Assembly (NCBI GenBank): GCA_043228905.1
Contig: JBHGNT010000010.1
Coordinates: forward strand, 14,074,001 to 14,138,000
DNA from: Azolla caroliniana
Taxonomy: Eukaryota; Plantae; Polypodiophyta
DNA: 64,000 bases
Direction: 5' to 3'
Both the position numbers and the translations under genes were made by a program. Shown piece after piece: positions 12,499-24,400 of the stretch (positions within the stretch are counted from its first letter, which is position 1; each line of letters begins with the position of its first letter). Below the pieces are notes generated by a model. That model was not told where the DNA came from. It saw only the letters and a program-made list of their open reading frames with translations, and searched no databases.

Positions 12499-13004
12499 TG
12501 TCGTGAAGAAAACCGTCCCCAGGCGCAAACCGTGTATAATGTGTCGTGAAGAAAACCGTCCCCAGGCGCAAACCGTGTATAATGTGTGTGAACCGGCACG
12601 TCCCTTGTCGTAAAGTAGATAGGTAGGCGCAAGGGTTAGATCCTAGGTAGCAATATTCTAAAGGGAGAATCGAGGAGTATCTCTGTCCGAAAGGACAGAG
12701 AATTAATGTCATGTAAACGGGCAAGACGGCCTCCCTCCTTGAGCTATAAAAGAGAGGGAGACGGGGGAGAGAGGGGATCGCGCGCTAGAGGGGACGAAGT
12801 GCTATCGGACTGGGACCGAGCTCTTCTCCTTTGTCGTTCTCCATAAGCTTTCTTTGCGCAGGTTCTCGAGTGCCTAATTCTGCTCCGTGGAACGCCCGTG
12901 TGCTTCTGGCAGAATCTCCATCTTGCTCCCCTGTATGCGTGGGTGATCAGGCGTCGACACCCGTCTCGCCGACCTGATCGGCTGTAACCGTCTGAGTCAT
13001 CTAC

Positions 13005-14756
13005 GTGGGTGATCAGGTGTCAGTGCTCCTTCGGGAGTTTGAGGAACGCTTCGCGCGCCTCTCGGTGCTTCACCGGACCGTTCTGGACACAAGCCGTGTC
13101 CTATTGTTTGTTAAGTCGGTTGACGAGCGGGATCGGGAGCAGGTAGGCCTCCTATTGGAGACTGACGACGAGCTGACGGCCGACTGGGCCGTGGTGAAAA
13201 GGGTCTGTGGCCATTTCGACAAACGGCGGGAATGGGTTGACAAAGGATCGACAGGGGCGGGCTCTGTCGCAGCAAGGAAGCTCGAGCCAACACCACCAAC
13301 ACGAAGGGAAGAGACCCGAGATTGGCTCGAGACCGGGTCGGCTTCAACCGGCATGGTCAAGGGCTCGTCCGAGGGAGCAGCTCTGGAGGAGCTGACGCGG
13401 ATGGTAAAGGATCTCCAGATCACCCAAGCACGGAGGGATGGTGGCGAACAGGCCCGTGACCGACGACCTCTGGATGAAAACAGGTGCATGTGGTGTGACG
13501 CGATCGGGCACATCCGGAAGGACTGCGGGGACTTCGCCGAGGCGGTGAGAAGCAACGTGGTGTACTTGTGGAACGGTTGGGTGCACGCCAGCGAGACCCG
13601 AAGAGCCTTGAATCTGAACGTCGGGCGAGGGGGTATGAAAAGGCTGATGGAGGAGGTGGCGGCTCGTCATGCGGAGACCGTCCACTACTCGGCGTCAGCT
13701 GGTATTCGGGTCGGAGGTGGCAAGGCCCCGAAGACGAACAAAGCCGGGTTCTGGCCGACGATGCTAGAAGGCCTCACCGACACACGACTAAGGAAAGAAG
13801 AGGCAGACCGCGCGGAAAAACGGGTCCGGGAGGTGACCCGGTGGAGTGACCCGGTGGAAGAAAAGACGGGCTTCGTCGAAGCCGCTTGTCAAAACTACGA
13901 GGCTCTGGTGGAGGACAAGCGGATAGGGAAAACCAGAGGGACCGGGCCCTCGCAACGATATGAAACTCGGTTCGGGCAAAGACGGAATGAGGCCGGTGTA
14001 ACTGGCGCCCAGGATAATCCCAAGAGGGGCGGATACCAGCTGGGCACAGAAATCGAAAGAACCACGGACCTGCGAAAGGTCCTGGAAGAACGAATCCTCG
14101 ACAGCAAGGTGGAACTGCCACTGAGGGAAGTGCTCGGGATCGCCAAGAAGGAGTTCCACGACTCCATCGTAGACTTGGTGAAGAGGAAGAGGGTGTCAAC
14201 GGAGGAAGAACCGGAGAAGCCGGTGGATGTGCGAACGACGCACATAGAGGACATGGCGCTGGAAGACGAGTTGGCGGAGAGCCACTATTCGAGGCCGCAC
14301 TGGGCCAGAGCGACTACGGAGACCCCCGTGAAGATCGGAGATGTTCATGAACCGGTGGTGGCGTTGGTAGACCACGGTTCAGAAATCAATTTGATGTCCA
14401 TGGACTTCTACAAGAAAGGGAAATGGCTGATCAACACCAAGCACGGGTGGAAGATACGGGCAACGACGCGTGGCACCGAAGAACTGCATGGAGCCTGCCC
14501 GAATGTACGAGTAAAGATCGGCGATGTCGAGATTGACCAGCACTTCTTCGTGCAAGAGACGTCCTCACATCCGGTTATACTAGGAGAACCGTACATCACG
14601 GCAGCACGGATGGAGACCAAGGTGCTGGACAACAGCTCGGCCTATGCAAGGGTCAAGAGCTAGGATGGGCGTCACTCGGTCCAGTTCCTGACGGTGAGAC
14701 CGAACCATGAGCGGAACCGCGAGACCCTCGGGAGCGAAAGCCGAGAGGATTTTTAG
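13005..14756 (+). pseudogene. Gypsy-B gag-protease ORF (5'-truncated, one premature stop at 14661)
   Basis: CMWCDAIGHIRKDC knuckle, protease ALVDHGSEINLM...VILGEPY; frame continues after TAG 14661-63 to GAG GAT TTT TAG. Confidence 0.85.
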
Positions 14757-17700
14757 AGAGGGCTATCAAGGCGTGGGGCCGCGATAGTCCGGACACTCCG
14801 GGAAAACCCCACAAGTGTACGATAGCGAAGAAGACATGTACTATAAGTAGGAAATTTTGGTTCTCCAACAACGGAGGGTGTACGATAGTTGACGTTGTTG
14901 GGCGGAAGAAGAAGAGGGCGGAGGAGCGACTTCGGGCATGTGGCGTCCTCGGCCTTGAAGAGGAAATCAACGGAGCCGTGGAGGCGGTCTCTTTCGACGA
15001 TACCTTGGGGAAGCTGCGAGAGGTAGTCGGAGGAGTCCTTAAAGAGGACCGGACGATTCCGGTATGTTCGGAAAAGATGTACGAAGTCATCGCGGACTTC
15101 AGAAGAGGGCTCGAGTCAGTTCAAACGGCCCGAGTGGACACGAGGTACAAGACTGTGGACCAGAAGGTGAGGCCAGTAGCGGCTCCCTTGCCGGAGGGCA
15201 GCAAGTTGTGAATAAAAGGGGTTGCGTCGGACCCGAGTTTACGAAATCCGGCCCGCATAGGACACACGTTCACCGACATAACGCTACGGGAGCTCAAGGT
15301 CGGTGGGGGCGGCTTCCTACTACCGGCGGAGGAGGACCGGTTTCGGGGAATGCTCGGAAGGCACGGGAAGGCTTTCGCATTCTCACCGGAGGAGATCGGG
15401 TGCGTAGACCCGACAGTCATGGAACCGATGGTGATATTCACGGTACCGCATGTTCCGTGGACTCTCAAACCGATTCCAGTATCCAGAGCTCACATCCCGA
15501 AACTGATGAAGCTGTTAAAGCAAAAGGTCGAGATGGGAATCCTCGAACCTTCGAGTGCCCCATACTCGAATCGGTGGTTTACCGTGCCGAAGAAGGACGG
15601 CACGCTACGCTTTATTCAAGACCTGCAGCCGGTCAACAAGGTGACCATTCGAAACGCAGGAATCGGACCGACAATAGACGAGTTCGCGGAGGCCTTCGCC
15701 GGAAGGTCGATTTACTCGGTCGGTGATCTCTACTCGGGGTACGATCAGTTCCAGCTTGCCGTAGAGAGCAGAGACATCACGACAATGCGAACTCCTCTCG
15801 GCCTAGTACGGATGTGTACCCTGCCGCAAGGAGGGACGAACTCGGTGGCTCACATGGTGAACGCAATGAACAAAGTGCTGAGGGATTGTATCCCGGATAT
15901 CACCATGCCGTTTTTGGACGACGTCCCGATCAAGGGATGCCCGGTGGAGGAAAGGGACGAGACGATCGGACCGGACGGATGCCGGAAATTCGTGGCGACG
16001 CACATCGATGACTGCGAGAAGGTGCTGCAGAGGTTGGAGGGAGCGAGGCTCACCTTCTCCGGGGGAAAATCGTCCTTCGGGCAATCAGAGATCATGGTCG
16101 CCGGACACCTATGCGGGCCGTATGGCCGGAAACCGTCTCTGGCTAAGGTAGAAGCCATCTCCGCGATGAAGAACAGCTGCAGCTCGGTCACGGAGGTTCG
16201 GAGGTTCTTGGGAGCGTGCTCGTTCTACCACATATGGATCCCGCATTACGCCCACGTCGCGGAGCCATTATACGGGTTGCTGAAAAAGGGGCGAAAATTC
16301 GAGTGGAGAGTCTGTCCGTACGGAGTCTGTCCGAAAGATGAAGGAAGCACTTGCCGCAGCTCCGGCGCTCCGGAAGGCTGTCTACGGAAAGGACACTCCA
16401 ATTTACGTAACGGTAGACACGAGTCCGACCGGGATCGGATGGGTCGTCAACCAAGAGGACGAGGACGGCATGTGTTCCCCAATCCGGTTCGGCGCGAAGG
16501 TCCTCAGAGAGCGACAGCGAGGATACGCCCAAGTTAAACGCGAGCTCTGGGGTATCGTTTCGGCGGTAAAGGCCGACAAAGACTACCTGATCGGGGCAGA
16601 GGTAATTATCGAGACGGACTGCCTGCCAATTCTTGGCATGGTTTCCGGATACGCGACACCGGACCTGGCAATGTTGAGGTGGATAGCATACATCAAGTCC
16701 TTGAATCCGGAAATACGACACATTTCCGGGAAAGACAACACCATGGCCGACATGCTTTCAAGGGCGAGGTTCGAAAACGACGGCGGCATGGTTTCAGAGG
16801 ACGAGGAAGTCGGCGTGGACTTCTTCGAGGCGGCTTACGTGACAACCAACGGGGAATGCTCTCCAACGCTTAACGACTTCGACGAGAGCAAGTACGACGG
16901 GGAGTGGCTGCAGATCAGCGGGTTCCTGAAAACAATGACACCGGACGCGGCATGGACAACGGACGAGGCCAACCAGATTCGGAAGAAAGCCTACCAATTC
17001 TTTCTCCGGGACAGATACATCTGGAAGCACCCGAAGAAGAGGAACGGCATCCCGCTCCGAGTGGTGGCGAAGAAGGGGGAACAGGAGGATTTGTTGGCGG
17101 CGTACCACGATAGCCCGTGGGCTGGACACCGTGGAACGTGGGCCACGTTCGAAAAGCTAAAGGGGAAGTATTGGTGGCCGGGACTATATCGGGACGTGCA
17201 TCGGTTCGTGACGACTTGCGAAAGCTGTCAGGTGCACTCCACGATCCGACATCGGGACGAGCTTCACCTGACCTACCCTCCAACCATCCACTTCAAGTGG
17301 CTGGTGGATTTGGTGACGATGCCAATGGGGGTAGGACAGATGCGGTATCTGGTGCTGGCTCGGGAAGATCTAACGAACCAGGTTGAAGGCCGAGCCCTGC
17401 AGAACAAGACGACGGCAGATGTGCGCCGGTTTTTGATTGAGGACGTAGTATGCCGATACGGGTGCGTAGAGAAGATCGTGGCTGACCGTGGCGAGTTGGA
17501 CGTAGAAGAAGCCGAAGAGTTGTTTGACCGGCTAGGAGTCAAACTTTCGCTCACCACAGCGTACAATCCGGAGGCGAACGGGAAGGTGGAGTGCGGACAT
17601 GGGCCAATTGTCAAAGCGCTAGTACGGGCGTGCGGAGGCCGAGTCGGGGATTGGCCACGGCTGCTACCTTATGCCTTGTGGGCGGACCGGACTACACACA

Positions 17701-18242
17701 GTTCAGTAACCGGGTTCATGCCGGCCGAGTTGATGTTCGGACAGAGGCCGATCATGCCAACAGAGCGAACGATCTCCTCGTGGGTCACGGTGGACTGGAG
17801 GGATGAGATGAGCCGGGAGGAACTGTTGGCGGCGCGGATTCGACAGCTCGAGCGGAGGCCGGAGGACATAGAGCAAGCCGCGGAGAAACTTCGAGTAGCG
17901 AGGATAAGGAACAAAGCCTGGTTCGACCGAACACACCGGCTCCGGCCAAGGAAGATCGAGAAAGGCGACTGGGTGCTAGTCTACGACAGCAGTCTCGACA
18001 ATCAGCACAGGGCCAAGTAGAAGTTTGCGAGGAGGTGGTTCGGGGCTTACGTAGTAACAGGCGCCAACGGCAATGGGACGTACCATCTCGCGGAGCTCGA
18101 CGGTACGAGAATGGCGATACCGGTAGCGGGGAAGAGGATCAAAGCGTTCAAGAAACGGCACGACGGGGAGCCGGGGCTAGGAGGCATGGACAGCGATGAC
18201 GAGCGGCCCGAGGCGGAGGTTGAACCGATAAACGAGGAGTAA
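14753..18242 (+). pseudogene. Gypsy-B pol (RT, RNase H, integrase) in the -1 frame relative to gag-PR; a few stops and one frameshift
   Basis: RT VPKKDGTLRFIQDLQ and FLDDV, RNase H VDTSPTGIG and KRELWG, INT HDSPWAGHRG...CESCQ, ADRGE, YNPEANG. Confidence 0.9.
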
Positions 18243-19003
18243 AAGCAAGGATCAGTTTTCTCTCGTAGGAACCCAATTTTGGCGCATACCGGTGGATGCG
18301 CGGTTAGGTGGGGGCGGATGTCGTGAAGAAAACCGTCCCCAGGCGCAAACCGTGTATAATGTGTGTGAACCGGCCCTTACACGTGGGCACGTCCCTTGTC
18401 GTAAAGTAGATAGGTAGGTGCAAGGGTTAGATCCTAGGTAGCAATATTCTAAAGGGAGAATCGAGGAGTATCTCTGTCCGAAAGGACAGAGAATTAATGT
18501 GATGTAAACGGGCAAGACGGCCTCCCTCGAGCTATAAAAGAGAGGGAGACGGGGGAGAGAGGGGATCGCACGCTAGAGGGGACGAAGTGCTGTCGGACTG
18601 GGACCGAGCTCTTCTCCTCTATCGTTCTCCATAAGCTTTCTTTGCGCAGGTTCTCGAGTGGCTGATTTTGCTCCGTGGAACGCCCGTGTGCTTCCGACAG
18701 AATCTCCATCTTGCTCCCCTGTATGCGTGGGTGATCAGGAGTCGACACCCGTCTCGCCGACCTGATCGGCTGTAACCGTCCGAGTCATCTACATACATAT
18801 ATTTATATACGCGTTCTTATACTCTACCTCCTGCCCAACTTGTGTCTCTTGTGTTGATCGGGCTGCGTTCCCGCGCGCTTCTTTGTCTATCCGTGTGTGA
18901 GCGTGTCTCTCTCTCTCTCTCTCTCTCTCTTCTCACCTATTCCTCGGTCCAAGACCCCAGTGGTCCCGCCTTGTTCTCCACGCACGCGCGTAACAACGCG
19001 ACA

Positions 19004-21434
19004 ACGTGGTGCTTGTTTGAGGCCGTATAGAGGCTTCTTGAGTCGGCATATGGCTTTCGGATGAATGTTGGATTCAAAGCCGGGTTGTTGTATCATGTAC
19101 ACCTCCTCTTCTAATTCATCTTGAAGAAAGGCATTCTTGACGTCCATCTGGTGGAGGTGCCACCCTTTCGATGTTGCAAGCAATATCACGACTCGCACGG
19201 TTGTCATCTTTGCCACCGGGGCAAAGGTCTCTTCATAGTCGACGCCATGTGTTTGTGCATAGCCCTTTACTACGAGTCGAGGTTTGTTGCGGTTGACGAA
19301 ACCGTCAACATTATACTTCACTTTGTATATCCATCTGCAGCCGATTGCCTTCTTCTGGTGTGAGTGTGGGACAAGATCCCATGTCTCGTTCTTACTGAGA
19401 GCTTGCATCTCCTCGTTCATCACTTCGACCCATCGTAGATCTTTAGCGGCTTCGGTAAAGCTCTCTGGTTCTCGAACTGCTGCCACCTTCATCATAAAGG
19501 CATAATGGTATGCCATATAATCATTGTAGCAGAATCGGCTAACATGATTCTTCTCATGGGTGGAGCGACGAAGGTTTTCGCTTGTCGATGTAAGTGCCTT
19601 CTTAACTCCAGGTGACCTCATAAGAGGCACATCAAAGCCATCGAACTCATTATCGAGTGAATGAGTTGATTCGTTGCCGTCGAAGTGATCGTCTTCATAT
19701 TCCGGCATTTTGGCCATCCTTTGTCCATCTTTGGACTTGGCTGAGATGTGCTTTGGTTGCTTGGAGGCTCTTGTGGTCTATTCAATCTGGTTGAGATCAT
19801 ACTCTCTTTGATTATTGACCTTAGTTGATCATCGTCTTCTGTGTTGTCGAGGTCGTTCGTAGATGGTTCGGGAGGAGTTGACTTGGGTTTTTACCATGAT
19901 GTCGATTCGTCAAAGACGACATCCCGACTTACACGACTCTTCCGAGTAGAGGGGTTGAAGCACTTGTACCCCTTTTGCTCCAGTGAGTACCCCACGAGGA
20001 TGCACTTCTTTGATTTTGGGTCAAGCTTCTGCCGCTTCTCATCGGGAATGTGCACGTATGCAATGGAGCCGAATATCCTTACATGGGATAGATCCGGCTT
20101 CTTCCCATAGTATTTCTCATGCGGGGTGACCTCGTGCACTCCAGATGTTGTGTACCAGTTCATGAGGTAGACGGCGGTATTTGCAGCTTCTGCCCAATAT
20201 GACTTGGGCATATGCTTCTCATTTAGCATGGCCCTTGCTACTTCGAGGATGTGTCGATTCTTGTGTTCGGCTACACCGTTCTGTTGCGGTGTGTGTCAGC
20301 AAGTGAATTCTCGCCGAATTCCTTCTTGTCAAATGTATGCCATGAATGCATCGGAGAATTATTCCTTTCCTCCATCCGACCGAAGACATCGTACATGGCG
20401 ACCAGTTGTCTTTTCGACTTTGCTTTTGAATTTTTGGAAGTGTGTAAACACTTCGCTCTTCATCCTCATGGGAAAGATCCATGTGTATCTAGAGAAGTCG
20501 TTGATGAAGGTAACATAGTACCAACATCCTCCGAATGTGGTCGTCTATGTCGGTCCCCACACATCTGAGTGGACTTTGCTCACGTTCCTCTCCTTCGGGA
20601 ACGGGTGTCGATGTTGGTTGCCGAATTGGCATGCTTCACATATTCCTTCAATCTCTTTCTCTTTGAAGGTCGGGAGCCCAATGAAAACTCATTTCGATTG
20701 CATCACCTTGAGTTTGTTGAGATTGATATGGCCGATTCTTTTATGCCAAAGCTCTATGTCAGTGTCAGGTTTGAGGCTCTTTGCAAACATGGTCGATTTT
20801 ACCTCGTTCGCTTCAAGGATAAACATTCAGCCTTCCCTTCGACCACGAGCAATTAGTCGGCCTTCCTTCTCGATGAAGCAATCTCCTTGGTTGAATCGAA
20901 CTTCGACCACGAGCAATTAGTCGGCCTTCCTTCTCGATGAAGCAATCTACTTGCATCCCTTGGACCACAATTTGGCCGACCGAGACCAAATTCTTCGTTA
21001 TGGTGGGTACATGTAAGACATTTTTTATGCAAGTTTGTTCACCTTCTTTCCCGAATCGGACATTGCCGACATGCCGAATTGGATGAGTGGTGTCGTCTCC
21101 GGTCTCGACATAACCAGGTCGATCCGACTCTCGAAGGTCTTTGAACCATTCTTGATGGGACGTCATATGGTTTGAAGCACCAGAGTCGACGAACCATACA
21201 TCTTCCGGATTGGAGGCATTAGTCGAAGTAGAGGCCGACATAGAATTTGCTCTATATCTCATTACAAACATTCCGCCATGATCTTCATAGTCGGAGTTGG
21301 TGGCATAATTAGTGAGTTGTCGGCTTGTGGAAGCCGACTCATGCTTCTTCTTTCGGCACTCTTCTTCATGGTGGCCGATTTTTCCACAATAACCGCATTT
21401 GATCGAGGTTTGTTGGTTCAGACCGGAATGGAAG
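19004..21434 (-). pseudogene. Copia-A middle segment (gag end, protease, integrase, RT N-terminus)
   Basis: WFVDSGASNHMT, WAEAANTAVY, HQMDVKNAFL, LYGLKQAPR; frameshifts; short tandem duplication at 20838-20948. Confidence 0.9.
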
Positions 21435-24400
21435 TGTAGAAAGTAGCGTGCGGAAGCAGGTATGAAGACAGAACAGAGGAAGGAAACACAGGTTTAATGG
21501 AGAGCTTGGGCTTACACAGTATACGCGGGAGAGATAGAGAGAGAAAAACAAAAGAACTATATTTCACAATAGTACTCAATCTCTGTGTATATAAGACGTG
21601 CTCAGTGAGCACTTTTATACAAGTCCTAAAAAGACTGACTGAAGTACTGACAGTACTTCAATGCTCATCAAGAGCTCCTACACTAACTCCCAAATATATT
21701 CCTCACGGAATATCTTTCCTAACGGCCTCCCGGTGTACGCACTCGGCCTAACCGATTGGTCCCAACCGATCCGGTCCTCGGCTTCTTCAGCCGATCCGGC
21801 CGATGTTGAGCTTGTCTCTCAACACTCCCCCTCAAGCTCAACTCGAGGCTCTTTGGGATCCTCGGGCTCACAGCTCCGGTTCCTCCTGGCTTCACGCCTC
21901 GCTCGCGCTCCTCGACCTGTTCGACTCCGCGTGCTTCGACCCTTCCGGTCAGCTTGTCTGCTCATGTGGCCCTCATCAGCTCTTCTGTTGTTGCGGTGTT
22001 GACGCTTCTCCTGCTTCCTTTTCTTCCGCTTGGGCCTCGGTTGATTCAACGTGTCCGAAACGACTCGGCTACCTCCGATCGGTTTTCGCTCTCGTCCGAG
22101 TTGGCTGTCTCCAACTCGTCTTCAGTTTTCTCGCCCTCGATGGCGTCATCTCCCCTATCCGTGGTTGGCTTCGGCTCTCTCCTTCGGTTGCTCCCCTTCT
22201 GTCTGCTTCCGAACCTTTCCACGGGTCCACCCTCAGCTTCTTCAGCCGATCCGAAGTCGAACTTGTCAACCGACTCAGTGTCGCGGTTTCCGCTCCTTTC
22301 CTGCTGCCTTGCTCGATCGTTCGGGACTGTTCTCCCCCTCAAGTTCGGCACGTCAAGGTGACGCAATCCGAGCGCACCTGAGAATTGCCGCAACTTGTCC
22401 AGACCAAGAGGCTTGGTGAAGATGTCGGCAGTTTGCCGATCCGTCGAAACATACTGAAGTTCGACTTCACCGGAAAGGACACGCTCACGGACAAAATGTT
22501 AGTGAACCTCAATGTGCTTGGTCGATGCGTGGAAGACGGCGTTCTTCGCGAGTTGGATGCTGCTGAGGTTGTCGCAGTAGATTGTCATCGGATCGGACAC
22601 CTCCTCTTGCAGGTCCTTAAGTAGCCGCTTCAACCATATGGCTTCGCATGTCACGACAGCCGCTCCTCGGTACTCAGCTTCGGTGCTCGACAGTGCAATT
22701 GTCGGCTGCTTCTTACTGCTCCACGCGATCGCGGCACTCCCGAGGGAGAACGCGTATCCAAACGTGGATCGGTGATCGGCGGCGTTGCCAGCCCAATCAG
22801 CATCGGTGTAGCCGACTAACTGCGCGGTTGCACCGGTCCGATATAGCAGTCCCCGGTCCTTAGTGCCGTTGACATACCGAAGTATGCGTTGCGCGCACTG
22901 AAGGTGCTCCTCGGTAGGTCGCGCCATGAACTGACTGATCACCCCGACCGGATAACTGAGGTCGGGTCGGGTGATGGTCAAGTATATGAGGCTTCCGACA
23001 ATTTGTCGGAATCTCGTCGGGTCGCATACCTTTCCCGTATCGGGACGAAGCTTGACGGTTCTGTCCAGAGGAGTCGAGACGGACTTACAGTCGGCCATCC
23101 CGAGCTTGAAGAGCATACTCAGCACGTAATTACATTGGCTGATCAATATGCCTTCGGGGGTACGGATCACTTCGATCCCGAGGAAGTAATGAAGGTCTCC
23201 CAAATCCTTCATGTCAAACGATGCCGCAAGTTGGAGCTTCACGCAGTCGATTTCCCCTAGGTCGACGCCGGTGATGACCAAGTCATCGACATATAGTAAA
23301 ATACTAACCGGTCCGAGTCGACCTTTCCGGATGAACAGGGAAGAGTCCGATTTTGACGTGACGAAGCCCATCCGACGCAGTTGTTGCGTGATCTTCGCGT
23401 TCCACGCACGCGGGGCTTGCTTTAGTCCGTAAAGGGACTTCTTCAGTCGGCATACTGCCGAGGAGTTCGTTCCGGAGTGAAATCCAGGGGGTTGTACCAT
23501 GTACACCTGTTCCTCAAGGTCACCTTGCAGGAACGCATTCTTTACATCCATCTGATGTAAGTGCCACCCCTTCACCGCAGCTACTGCCAGCAAAACACGG
23601 ACGGTCGCCATTTTCGCGACCGGCGCAAACGTCTCATCGTAGTCGATGTCGTGTTTCTGCGCGTAGCCCTTTGCCACTAGCCGAGCCTTGTACCGGTTGA
23701 CCGAGCCATCGGTGTTGTACTTGACCTTGTACACCCACTTACACCCGATCGGCTTCACACCCTTCGGTGCGTCAACCAGGTCCCAGGTCTCGTTCTCCGC
23801 CAATGCGTGCATCTCTTCCTCCATCGCGGCACGCCAATTCACGTCTTTAGCCGCTTCTGCGTAGCTCTCCGGCTCACGCACTTCCGCTACACGGGTCATG
23901 TACGCATAATGATGCGCCATGTACTCGATGTAACGGAACCGCACAACTGGGTTCTTCTGGCGGGTAGATCGGCGTAATCTCACATTAGCCGATGTCGAGG
24001 CCTTCTCGGTCGACGCGGTCTTCACCTTTAAAGACCCGTCACCGGTTCCCTCGGAGTCGGACTCGCATCGGTCTGACTCGTTCCTTTCCATGCCGGAATC
24101 CGACACCTTCTTCTTCCCTTTCTCTTTGCACGTAAGCCGTCTCCTCGGCTTCCTGCGCGGGGAATGCACGGCCGAGTCTCCACTACTCGCCGGCTCTTCG
24201 TCGGACTGGTCATACCGACTCAATCGTCCAATCGGACCACTTAACCGGAGTGAAATCGGACTCTCTTCGCGGGTCTCGATTTCGGGCTCATCCGGAGGCA
24301 TCTCGGCCTCGCTGACCTCATCGTCAGGTCTCGTATTGGAGTCGGGGTTCCGAGGTGAGAGCAGGTACCAGGACGGGGACTCGTCAAACACAACGCCACC

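Larger units (their letters stand above)
12499..19003 (+). mobile_element. Ty3/gypsy element (Gypsy-B) nested in Copia-A; 4-bp TSD ACGT; 5' LTR truncated, 3' LTR 18319-19003
   Basis: 12499-13003 matches 18319-~18793; TSD ACGT at 12495-12498 and 19004-19007; PPT TTAGGTGGGGGCGGA at 18304-18318. Confidence 0.93.
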
